This document shows positions 28,451-37,279 of a stretch of 64,000 nucleotides of DNA, piece after piece. Origin of the DNA: Sulfurimonas sp. (GTDB lineage: Bacteria > Campylobacterota > Campylobacteria > Campylobacterales > Sulfurimonadaceae); assembly GCA_016744115.1 (NCBI GenBank), contig JADGEZ010000004.1:29079-93078 (forward strand). The letters run 5' to 3'. Within the stretch, counting starts at the first letter, position 1, and each line of letters begins with the position of its first letter. Made by a program: the position numbers and the translations under genes. The notes beneath the pieces were generated by a model. It was given only the letters and a program-made list of their open reading frames with translations. It did not search any database and was not told where the DNA came from.

Positions 28451-28795
28451 CTAAGGGAATAATATCCCTGTGTCATCTGTATAATGAAAATTAAGCATCA
28501 AGATACCTTTTGCCATCCTTTGTGATACATGGTCGTAGTGCCAACACACTATATCATTTGTTTTTGTCCATGGTTTGTGCATAAGCATATCATCTATGAG
28601 AATACAGCCACTATCCTCATTCTCATAATCTCTTAAAAATGATTTTATAGACTTCCATAATCTCTTGTCATCATGAAGTGTGTCATTTAATAATAGACCC
28701 TTTGTAAATATATCATGACTTTTACCTGTTAGTTTTGAGAGCTTAGTGATCTCTATCTTTTCAAAGGAATTTATTGCATTCTCATAGTTAAGCAC
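28451..28795 (-). pseudogene. N-terminal fragment of a DDE transposase (IS4/IS701-like), truncated
   Basis: ..CILIDDMLMHKPWTKTNDIVCWHYDHVSQRMAKGILMLNFHYTDD.. parallels the first catalytic-Asp block (DDT..K........YDH......KG...L) of IS4/IS701-type transposases. Only 114 aa remain and the rest of the enzyme is absent. Adjacent to repeats. Confidence 0.5.
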
Positions 28796-28964
28796 TTTTA
28801 GTACCTATAATTTTAAAGATGTTACTTCTTGCAAATTTATGAATTTAAATTATCGTAACATCAGTCTTTTATAAGTCTGGTTTTTTTATAATGACTTTAG
28901 CAAATTTTATTTTACTTACTTTGGATGAATGCTTAAATACAAACTTAGAATGAGATTCATTTGC

Positions 28965-30101
28965 TTATCTTTCATTCAAAAAATATCTTAAACTTGTATC
29001 ACTCCATTCTTTTGAGAGTTGCAAATGTTTATCTATGGAAGCATATACTTTTTGAAAATCTTTATTTGCCGTACTCAACTCAGTTATAACATTTGTTAGA
29101 GCAATTTTTCCAACTTCTATCACATCTTTTGGATACTGCATAATATTTACATCTAAACTTTTAAGTGTTTGTAGTGCTTTGATATTCTCAGCATGAAATT
29201 CGCTTGTCATGTTTGAATTCATCTCACTTGATGCTACTTCTATCATAGATTGATGCTCTCTACCTAACTTATTCCAATACTTGTTGTTAAAAGTAAGTTC
29301 TAAAATAGAACCTGGTTCATGCCATCCTGAATAATAATAAGGAGCAACCTTGTAAAATCCCATCTTTATATCAAGAGCAGGTCCAACCCATTCGGTAGCA
29401 TCTATCACTCCACGCTCTAATGATGTATAAATCTCTCCAGCTGGAAGCAAGATAGGGTTCACTCCCATTTTTGCAAAAACTTCACCACCAAGTCCTGGGA
29501 TTCGCATCTTTAAACCTTTCATATCTTCTATAGATGTTATAGGTTTTCTAAACCATCCACCCATTTGAATATTGGTATTTCCTCCCATAAAAGGGTAAAG
29601 GTTATATTTTGCATACTGTTCTCTCCACAACTCTAAACCACCTCCAAAAAGCATCCAAGAGTTAATCTCTTCTGCTGTAAAACCAAAAGGAATGCCGCTA
29701 TAAAGTGAAAATGCAGAATTTTTACCCTTCCAATAATAAGGACCAGAATGAAAAGCATCAATCTGACCGCTAGAACAAGCATCAAATACAGCCAAAGCAG
29801 GAACTAAAACATTTTTTGGATAAAGCTTTACCTCTAAACTTCCTCCACTTATCTCTTTGATTCTTTTAACAAAATTCTCAACTCCAGTTCCCATAATAGG
29901 AAAATGAGCAGGCCAACTTGTAGCTAACCTGATGGTCGTTTTTTTATTTTTATTAACATGGATTGTTTTTTGTTTATTTTCTTTTTCTTTTACTTGCTTT
30001 GAATAGTCTATTGCTTGACGATTGCCTTCATTGCAACTACTAAAAGCTAAAGCAGCAGAACCAACACTCGCTGTTGCTAGGAAATCTCTACGATTCATCA
30101 T
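28965..30101 (-). CDS. TRAP-type transporter periplasmic solute receptor (DctP superfamily, COG4663-like) with Tat signal
   Basis: MMNRRDFLATASVGSAALAFSSC twin-arginine/lipobox leader. DctP-like core (GQIDAFHSGPYYW, GGWFRKPI, MRIPGLGGEVF, GVIDATEWVGP). No dctQ/dctM in the window. Confidence 0.75.
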   Translation of the reverse strand: MMNRRDFLATASVGSAALAFSSCNEGNRQAIDYSKQVKEKENKQKTIHVNKNKKTTIRLATSWPAHFPIMGTGVENFVKRIKEISGGSLEVKLYPKNVLVPALAVFDACSSGQIDAFHSGPYYWKGKNSAFSLYSGIPFGFTAEEINSWMLFGGGLELWREQYAKYNLYPFMGGNTNIQMGGWFRKPITSIEDMKGLKMRIPGLGGEVFAKMGVNPILLPAGEIYTSLERGVIDATEWVGPALDIKMGFYKVAPYYYSGWHEPGSILELTFNNKYWNKLGREHQSMIEVASSEMNSNMTSEFHAENIKALQTLKSLDVNIMQYPKDVIEVGKIALTNVITELSTANKDFQKVYASIDKHLQLSKEWSDTSLRYFLNER

Positions 30102-30576
30102 GCAAGGCCTTATGCGTAACCATCACCCCATCCGTGTCTGCATAAAGATAATCACCATTTTTAAAATTAACTCCACCAAAAGATAAAGGAACATCTCTTA
30201 AACCCTCGGTAATAGGGATATATTTTCTAGGGCAAGTGCCAAGTGCATAAAGTGCTACTGGAATCTCTTTTATTTGAAAAGTATCTCTTATGTAGCCATT
30301 GACAATTATCCCTGAATAGTTATTTTGTTGTGCAAACTTCATAAGGTTTTCCCCTACAACAGCAAAAAATTCAGCTTCTACATCTACTACCACGATTTTA
30401 TCAGTTCCATCTTCATCTCTAAGTAATTTTATAAGCTCAGAATTATTTTTATCTAGCTTAATAGTTATAACTTCTCCTCGACACTTATCAGCTCCGCCAT
30501 AATTTTTAAAATCATAACTTAATACATCTACTATTTCTGGATGTTCATCACAAAAGTCTGCTGTAAAAAAGTTCAT
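30088..30576 (-). CDS. RraA-family protein (RNase E regulator-like; 4-hydroxy-4-methyl-2-oxoglutarate aldolase/oxaloacetate decarboxylase fold)
   Basis: MNFFTADFCDEHPE..V.V..FKNYGG..GEVITIK..DKIVVVDV..A..GENL..A..N..SGIIVNGYIRD parallels E. coli RraA. ATG at 30576 has AGGAA upstream; the ORF-track start at 30606 adds a hydrophobic decapeptide. Confidence 0.75.
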   Translation of the reverse strand: MNFFTADFCDEHPEIVDVLSYDFKNYGGADKCRGEVITIKLDKNNSELIKLLRDEDGTDKIVVVDVEAEFFAVVGENLMKFAQQNNYSGIIVNGYIRDTFQIKEIPVALYALGTCPRKYIPITEGLRDVPLSFGGVNFKNGDYLYADTDGVMVTHKALHDES

Positions 30577-30664
30577 TTTTATTCCTAAAAGTAAATTTAT
30601 TATCATATTATAACCTTATTTTTGCTATCCTATCGTTTAAAATAATTATTAGGTTTTTATATAT

Positions 30665-31078
30665 ATGAAAGTAGTAACAGGCGTAGTTGGAAATGATATT
30701 CATGTTGTTGCAAATAGGTTAATAGAACTCTCTCTTGATGCAAGAGGTTTTGAAGTTTTTAATCTCGGAGTCAATACTTACCTTGAAGAGTTTTTTGACG
30801 CAGCTGTTGAGACACAGGCAGATGTACTTCTCATATCCTCGCTGAACGGCGAGGCAGAAGGTTGGGCGAGAGAGGTTAAACTTCTTAAATCAAAATACAA
30901 TACACTCGATGATATTATAATGGTAATAGGTGGAAATTTAGTTGTAGGTACGGCATCTGCGGATGAGATTGTGCCAAGATATAAAAAATATGGTTTTGAT
31001 TTGGTTTTTCATCAAGTTGATTTAAATACTGGTCTTGATACACTAGAGATGTACATTAAACAAAGAGATGTAAAATGA
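30665..31078 (+). CDS. Glutamate (methylaspartate) mutase small subunit S-like, cobalamin-binding
   Basis: 137 aa. VVGNDIHVVAN (DxHxxG-type motif with G->A), ISSLNG and VIGGNLVVG are B12-binding Rossmann motifs, collinear with Clostridium GlmS/MutS. Confidence 0.8.
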   Translation: MKVVTGVVGNDIHVVANRLIELSLDARGFEVFNLGVNTYLEEFFDAAVETQADVLLISSLNGEAEGWAREVKLLKSKYNTLDDIIMVIGGNLVVGTASADEIVPRYKKYGFDLVFHQVDLNTGLDTLEMYIKQRDVK

Positions 31079-32439
31079 GTTTACTACAAGAAGAAAGAGA
31101 GATAATTCTTAATAATGAGTTTATAGACCCCTTTGATTTTGCAGAAGTTGAAGAGTTTGTTAAAAATGCGAATGAAGAACTTTTTATATCGCACCACTTT
31201 GCAAAAAAAGAAAAAATGCTAGTACAACCTCGTGGAGGTTTTCCAACATACGAAAAACAGTTTGCCTTAAATGAGTTTTTTGTTGAAGCAAATGTTGATG
31301 TACTTCCTTTAACGATTGATTCAAACACAAGACTTAACGACTATACAACTGCAAGAAAAATGCTTCAACTCAGTGAAGAAAGCGAACATGATATGCTCAA
31401 TGGTTATCCACTTGTTACTCACGGGTATAAAGCCACAAGACAAATGATAACACATTTTAAAAAGCCTGTAAGCTTACGCCATGGTACACCAGATGCAAGA
31501 CTTTTGATTGAGGTGGCAATAGCATCTGGGATATTTGAGATAGAAGGAGGTCCTATTACCTATCTTCTTCCATATTCAAAAAACTTTCCACTAGATAAAG
31601 CTTTTCTTTACTGGAAGTATGTAGAAAAAGTATGTGCAAACTACTCAAAATTAAACTTGCCAATAAACAGAGAATCTTTTGGTCCTTTAACTGCTACGCT
31701 TGTCCCACCGTCTATCACGATAGTTATTCAGCTTCTTGAGATGTTACTTTCTTTAGAAGAGGGTGTTAAATCTTTCTCCGTTTCGTTTTCTCAAACAGGT
31801 TCTATGAATCAAGATATTGTAATGGGTTCGGTGATGAGAAAAATGGCTAAGTTTTATGCTCAGGAGATTGATTGTGCAGATGCCACTATAAATCTTGTGT
31901 ATCATCAATGGATGGGAGCATTTCCAACTGACAAAAAATTTGCACAACAGCTTATAAATATGTCCACCGTTATAGCCTCAATGGTGGGAGCTGATAAAAT
32001 CATCACTAAGACAAAAGAAGAAGCTTCAGGAATCCCAACAAAAGAAGCAAATGCCGAAACTGTTGCAAACACTCAATACACGCTTAGAATCTTAAACGGT
32101 CTTCCAAATATAACCGATAAAGAAGAAGAAGAGATTTTAACAATGGAAGTAAAAGCTATCATGGAAGCTGTCTTTAATGACTCAGCAGATACCTTATGGA
32201 GAAAAGTATTTAACTCTATCAAAAATGGGATTATAGATGTGCCTTTTTCTCCACATATTATAAATCACAATGAGATGATTACAATGCGTGATGCAAACAA
32301 AAACATTAGAATCATCAAGCGTGGAAATGTACCCATACCAGATAGATGCTTCGAGTACGAAAAATCTCAATGTGATTTAGGCAAAAGTAATACCTCTATT
32401 GTAAATGATATCATCCACGATATAGGGATTATGCAATGA
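31075..32439 (+). CDS. Glutamate (methylaspartate) mutase large subunit E-like
   Basis: Block-by-block resemblance to Clostridium GlmE: QPRGG, LPLTIDSNTR, LNGYP, LRHGTPDARLL, IEGGPITYLLPYSKN, FGPLTATLVPPS, HQWMGAFPTD, GIPTKEANA, IDVPFSPH. Confidence 0.85.
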   Translation: MSLLQEEREIILNNEFIDPFDFAEVEEFVKNANEELFISHHFAKKEKMLVQPRGGFPTYEKQFALNEFFVEANVDVLPLTIDSNTRLNDYTTARKMLQLSEESEHDMLNGYPLVTHGYKATRQMITHFKKPVSLRHGTPDARLLIEVAIASGIFEIEGGPITYLLPYSKNFPLDKAFLYWKYVEKVCANYSKLNLPINRESFGPLTATLVPPSITIVIQLLEMLLSLEEGVKSFSVSFSQTGSMNQDIVMGSVMRKMAKFYAQEIDCADATINLVYHQWMGAFPTDKKFAQQLINMSTVIASMVGADKIITKTKEEASGIPTKEANAETVANTQYTLRILNGLPNITDKEEEEILTMEVKAIMEAVFNDSADTLWRKVFNSIKNGIIDVPFSPHIINHNEMITMRDANKNIRIIKRGNVPIPDRCFEYEKSQCDLGKSNTSIVNDIIHDIGIMQ

Positions 32440-33623
32440 AAAATAAACTCTCCATTGATATAGGAAGCACCTACTTTAAAGTCGCAACAGATTCTTCTAT
32501 AGAGCAACACTTTAGGGATTTTAATAAAGATATACTTGATGACTTAACACACAAATGTGCCACAACTATTGAAAAGTTTAAAAAAGAAGACATATATATA
32601 TGTTCCTCTGCAAATGGAGGTTTAAGCACTTTAATCATAGGACTTAGTAACTCTTTTTCTCTTAAATATGCTACAAATATTGCCTTTAATTCTGGTATAA
32701 ATATTATAGAAACTCTCATCCATCAAAATATAGAGGAATATTCAATTCCAAGTTCTTTGATAGATGTTGTCATTATCGTTGGTGGTATAGATTCGGCTTC
32801 TGGCCTTTTTGGAGACTCCTTATACTCATACTTAGAAAAGCTTAATTATTCAAATATTGTTTTCGTAGGAAGTAATACCGATGCCCTTACCTTAGAAAAA
32901 AATATAAAAAATCTTGTCGTACTTCCAAACATCATTGATAATAAGCTTCATATTGTAGAAGAACATCTTAAAACCTACCTTACAAACCTATACCAACTTG
33001 ATATTGAGGGCAAGGAAGATATTAAAAACCTCTATGCAATAACTGCAAATCAAATTTATTCAACACCTTATGTTGTAAACAAAACTCTTGCCTTCATTGA
33101 TGCTAACTTTTCAGTTGTAAATCCTTTTATCTTGATTGATATTGGTGGGGCTACAACTGATATTCATTATTCAAAAGACTTAGTAGATGAAAATATTGTT
33201 ACAAGAAATGAGTATGATAGACTTGTTTTTAAAAAACTCGGTGTATATAAATCAAAAGAGTCTTTAATCTTTGCCGCACAGTCTAATGAGTTTACTTATG
33301 AGTTACTTACGCATTTAAAAGTAACAGAAAATATTTTTGAGCAAACAAGCGAAAAGGCAACAAAGGTACTGATGCAACTTGCAGTCTTTTTAGTTCTTTG
33401 TAAAATGTCTCATTATAAAAAAGCATATATCAATCTTAAACTAAACTCCATTAACTCTATAGTTCTTACTGGTGGAATTACAAAAGTTTTATCGGACGCA
33501 GAAGTTGAAAATATTATCTCATTTTTTTATATAAAGATATTAAACTCAAAGCATAAACCAAAAATAGTTATGGATTATAATTATGATATTTGGACACTAG
33601 GAATAAAAAACCTCAAGGAGTAG
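32436..33623 (+). CDS. GlmL/MutL-type glutamate mutase accessory (reactivase/chaperone) protein, ASKHA fold
   Basis: LSIDIGSTYFKV and LIDIGGATTDIH phosphate-binding motifs. Position within the mutase gene set. Confidence 0.7.
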   Translation: MKNKLSIDIGSTYFKVATDSSIEQHFRDFNKDILDDLTHKCATTIEKFKKEDIYICSSANGGLSTLIIGLSNSFSLKYATNIAFNSGINIIETLIHQNIEEYSIPSSLIDVVIIVGGIDSASGLFGDSLYSYLEKLNYSNIVFVGSNTDALTLEKNIKNLVVLPNIIDNKLHIVEEHLKTYLTNLYQLDIEGKEDIKNLYAITANQIYSTPYVVNKTLAFIDANFSVVNPFILIDIGGATTDIHYSKDLVDENIVTRNEYDRLVFKKLGVYKSKESLIFAAQSNEFTYELLTHLKVTENIFEQTSEKATKVLMQLAVFLVLCKMSHYKKAYINLKLNSINSIVLTGGITKVLSDAEVENIISFFYIKILNSKHKPKIVMDYNYDIWTLGIKNLKE

Positions 33624-33626
33624 AAA

Positions 33627-35201
33627 ATGTCAATCAACTGCATACGAACACTTATTGAAGATGCTGCGTTAAGTCATGCTGATAAAAAAGCTTTGATATT
33701 GGATCAAGAAAGTATTACTTACTCTGAATTATTTACCAAAGTAAACCAGGTAGCGTATTATTTAGCCGAGTTAGATCTGTCTCCTGATACAAGAATTGGA
33801 ATTTACTCTAGCAAGTCTATTGAGCAAGTTATCTCCATTTTAGCTGTTTTATCAACAAAATATATACTTGTACCACTCACAAAACTACTCAAACCCCAAC
33901 AAGTTGAGTACATTATTAATGACTGCGATATTAAGTGTATTATAACAGATAGCATAAAACATGAAACAATAAAAGACATAAATTTTAATGGTCATATTAT
34001 TTCGTATGAAACCTCCTGTAAGGAAATATCTTCCTTTGAAGAAATCTATAAGTACTATAACAAAACCTATGTTTGTAACATAAGTGGACATTCAAATGCA
34101 GTGATAACTTACTCTTTTGGAATTAGTGGAACTCCAAAAGGGATAGTAATTTCGCATAGAAATCTTATAAACTCCGCTCGTGTTGTTTCGCAGTATTTAG
34201 AGCTTAAAGAAGATGATGTTATCTCAGGCTTACTTATTTTTAACCTTGATTATGGACTTAATCAAATCTTTTCTACTCTTTACAAAAGAGCTACCCTAGC
34301 CTTACATGATTTTTTACTTCCTAATGATTTTTTAAATCACCTTATAGAGGATAAGGTAAGTGTTATTCCTTTGATGCCTTTTAATATTACGCAAATATTT
34401 GATGAAGATATGCATAAATTACCAAATAATGACTTATTTAAAAATGTAAGAATCATCACTTCATCTGGTGGAACGGTAAGTAAAAAGATGATAACAAACT
34501 GTAAAAATCTTTTTTCAAATGCCTCTTTTTTCTCTATGCACGGACTCACAGAAGCTTTTCGTTCTGCGTTTTTAGATCCAAGCCAGATTGAAATCCGACC
34601 TGATTCTATTGGAAAGGCTATTGCAGATGTTGAACTTTATGTTATCAATGAAAAAGGGCAAGAGTGCAAACCTAGAGAAGTAGGAGAGTTAATCCATCGA
34701 GGTGGTTACATCTATAAAGGTTTTTGGAATGCACCTGAGCAAAATGAGCAAAGGTTCAAGTCAATCCAAATCTTAAAAGATGTCATCAATATAGAAGGAC
34801 AACTTGTTGATGAGATAGTAGTAGCATCAGGTGATTATGTATATAAAGATGAAGAGGATTATTTATATTTTGTTTCACGACATGATGATATGATAAAAAC
34901 AAAAGGATTTAGAGTTTCCCCCCTAGAGATAGAATCCTGCGTAGCAAAAAATATAACTCAAATAGATGCTTCTGCCGTCTTTTCAGTAGAAAATGAAAAA
35001 GAGCAGGAGGAAATAGTTTTAGTATATACTGCAAAAAGTGAACTCTCTAGTAAAGAGATACTCTTTGAGTTAAAAAAGCATCTAGCAACCTACATGATAC
35101 CAAGTCAAGTTATCTATAAAAAAACTCTCCCTCTTGTTCAAAGTGATAAAAATAAGATAAATAAAGAAGAGTTGAAAAGAGCGTTAGAAACTCCTGACTA
35201 A
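33627..35201 (+). CDS. Stand-alone ANL-superfamily adenylating enzyme with A-domain-like motifs
   Basis: SFGISGTPKGIVISHRNL (A3), FNLDYGLNQIF (A4-like, with Asp), SMHGLTEAF (A5), GELIHRGGYIYKGFWN (A6), SGDYVY..YFVSRHDDMIKTKGFRVSPLEIE (A7/A8), LPLVQSDKNKINK (A10). Confidence 0.8.
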   Translation: MSINCIRTLIEDAALSHADKKALILDQESITYSELFTKVNQVAYYLAELDLSPDTRIGIYSSKSIEQVISILAVLSTKYILVPLTKLLKPQQVEYIINDCDIKCIITDSIKHETIKDINFNGHIISYETSCKEISSFEEIYKYYNKTYVCNISGHSNAVITYSFGISGTPKGIVISHRNLINSARVVSQYLELKEDDVISGLLIFNLDYGLNQIFSTLYKRATLALHDFLLPNDFLNHLIEDKVSVIPLMPFNITQIFDEDMHKLPNNDLFKNVRIITSSGGTVSKKMITNCKNLFSNASFFSMHGLTEAFRSAFLDPSQIEIRPDSIGKAIADVELYVINEKGQECKPREVGELIHRGGYIYKGFWNAPEQNEQRFKSIQILKDVINIEGQLVDEIVVASGDYVYKDEEDYLYFVSRHDDMIKTKGFRVSPLEIESCVAKNITQIDASAVFSVENEKEQEEIVLVYTAKSELSSKEILFELKKHLATYMIPSQVIYKKTLPLVQSDKNKINKEELKRALETPD

Positions 35202-35458
35202 AAGAATAAAATGTATGTTCATTGCTTTATATGACAAATAAACGAATACTTTGTTCAAATATCGTCAAAAAAGACTTAATGAAAAAAAATGGTGCATAAT
35301 TTTTTATTTTTATAATAATTCACTAGATGATAATCAACTAAAATCAACTTTAGAAAAAATTATTTGATTTTCTTGTGCTAGTATAGTATAATAAATTTTT
35401 ACTGGATTAGTAACTGTCTAGTTGATAGGGAACATTCCAATCTCATGAGGAGAATGAT

Positions 35459-35950
35459 ATGCAGGATATTTTATATGCCCCCTGGAGAGATGAGTATGTT
35501 TGTAATGATAAAGTAGATGCTTGTGTATTTTGTCATATAAGTAATAATGAAAATGATGATGCAGAACTTGGTGTACTTTACAGAGATAAACATTGTTTTA
35601 TTGTTATGAATAAATACCCATACACCCCTGGACATTTTATGATTATTCCTCATATTCATACCGATAAACTTGAAGATTTAGATTCAGAGGTATGGTTGCA
35701 TATGAGTGCTTTAGCACAAAAAGGGGTAGCCCTTTTAAAAGAAGCTGTTCATGCTCAGGGTGTAAACATCGGAATGAACCTTGGTAAAGCAGGTGGGGCA
35801 GGGATAGCGGAGCATATTCATATGCACCTTGTTCCACGCTGGGAGAGAGATACTAATTTTACTACTTCTATTGCAGGAGTGAGAATTTATTCTAGTGATT
35901 TTGAGAAAATTTATAAACAAATAAAGAGTTTATTACCTAAGTATATTTAA
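35459..35950 (+). CDS. HIT-family nucleotide hydrolase/transferase
   Basis: Histidine triad AEHIHMHLVPRW, CVFCH zinc-like motif, VMNKYPYTPGHFMIIP. Confidence 0.8.
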   Translation: MQDILYAPWRDEYVCNDKVDACVFCHISNNENDDAELGVLYRDKHCFIVMNKYPYTPGHFMIIPHIHTDKLEDLDSEVWLHMSALAQKGVALLKEAVHAQGVNIGMNLGKAGGAGIAEHIHMHLVPRWERDTNFTTSIAGVRIYSSDFEKIYKQIKSLLPKYI

Positions 35951-37278
35951 TGTCTAAATATATGCTATTAAAATATTTTCTTTTACTTTTTATCTTTTGT
36001 AATACCTTCGCTTTAGAAGAATTGCCACAAACTTTTAAGCAACTTTCTACGCCTTTATATAAGTCTTTTGAACCTATAAAAAAATTATCAGGTATTGACA
36101 GCCTTAAAGATATGCTTAGTGGTTATACAACTGAACTAGAAGATCTTAAAAAACTTGGTTTTGAAGTTGATAAAACAAAAAATAAAAAAGAAGTACATCA
36201 GTACCTATCACAACTTCGAGCATTTGAAAAAAAGTATGATTTCATCTTGCATGAAATCCATATGAGCATTAATAAAGCAATTGATAACGATGATTACAAA
36301 CTTTTTACAAAACTAACAAGCTATGAATTTGATGGGCTTTTAAGAAATAGAGCTCTTTTAGAAAAATCTTTGAAGTTTTATGAGAAAAACAGTAAAAAAA
36401 AAGAACTAGCTTTTTTTGAAAAAAGAATAAAATATAAAAAAATTGAGATTTTAACAAGTCAAGAGTTTTACAATGTAGTAAGTAAATCGCAATACAGTTC
36501 TAAAAATAAAAATAGTTCTAAAAATAAAAAAGTGAATATTAAAGTTGTAAATATCGGAAAAAGCATGATTGTGTATATTGAAAACAACAATCCTTATACA
36601 ATTACAGTGAAGATAAAAGCAAAGTATCAGGGTTTAGATTACGATAGAAGCATACGAAATGAATTTCCTATAAAGGCAAATACAAAAAAAGAGTATATCC
36701 GCTTGCATAAACAAAGACGAGCCCTCTCATTTAGTTACTCCTATAAATATAGTTCGATTATTGGTTCAATAGATGCTGTTCATGATGATAGTTATATCTA
36801 TAGACTTCCCTATGCAAAAGGAATATCACATAAAATTTCTCAAGGCTATAATGGAAGTGTGACACATACAGGTCATAGTCAATACGCTATAGATTTTGCT
36901 ATGCAAATAGGTACAAAAATTTATGCAGCAAGAGAGGGCGTAATTGTTAGGATAAAAGAAAATTCTAATAGAGGTGGTTTTGATAAAAAGTTTGCAAGCT
37001 CAGGGAACTTTATAACGATAGAACATAGTGATACAACTTTTGCAACTTACTATCATCTCAAAAAAAATGGAGTGCGAGTAAAAGTTGGTGATAAAGTAAG
37101 TAAAGGTACGCTTATCGGCTATTCAGGAAACACAGGTTACTCAAGTGGTCCACATCTGCATTTTGCTATATTTAAGGCGAGTAATGCAAGTAAAACTGAA
37201 TCTTTACCTACTACATTTTTAAGTGAAGAGGGGCTTATAACTACGCCAAAGAAAGGTAAGTTTTATACTGCAAAATAA
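35950..37278 (+). CDS. M23-family (LytM-type) metallopeptidase, secreted
   Basis: Signal peptide. The catalytic motifs HTGHSQYAIDF and GNTGYSSGPHLHFAI are intact. Confidence 0.8.
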   Translation: MSKYMLLKYFLLLFIFCNTFALEELPQTFKQLSTPLYKSFEPIKKLSGIDSLKDMLSGYTTELEDLKKLGFEVDKTKNKKEVHQYLSQLRAFEKKYDFILHEIHMSINKAIDNDDYKLFTKLTSYEFDGLLRNRALLEKSLKFYEKNSKKKELAFFEKRIKYKKIEILTSQEFYNVVSKSQYSSKNKNSSKNKKVNIKVVNIGKSMIVYIENNNPYTITVKIKAKYQGLDYDRSIRNEFPIKANTKKEYIRLHKQRRALSFSYSYKYSSIIGSIDAVHDDSYIYRLPYAKGISHKISQGYNGSVTHTGHSQYAIDFAMQIGTKIYAAREGVIVRIKENSNRGGFDKKFASSGNFITIEHSDTTFATYYHLKKNGVRVKVGDKVSKGTLIGYSGNTGYSSGPHLHFAIFKASNASKTESLPTTFLSEEGLITTPKKGKFYTAK

Positions 37279-37279
37279 A

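Noticed and set aside
31056-34549. Minus-strand ORFs within the mutase/ANL operon (31056-31328, 31753-31947, 32471-32719, 33885-34091, 34337-34549)
   Set aside because: Each overlaps a plus-strand gene with strong family motifs, and none has motifs of its own.
35471-35920. Three minus-strand ORFs inside the HIT gene
   Set aside because: They are antisense to a gene with an intact histidine triad and are mutually overlapping short frames.
36496-36531. 18-bp tandem duplication (AGTTCTAAAAATAAAAAT x2) inside the M23 peptidase gene
   Set aside because: It is an in-frame low-complexity linker (SSKNKN SSKNKK). It is real but trivial, and too short to argue for function.
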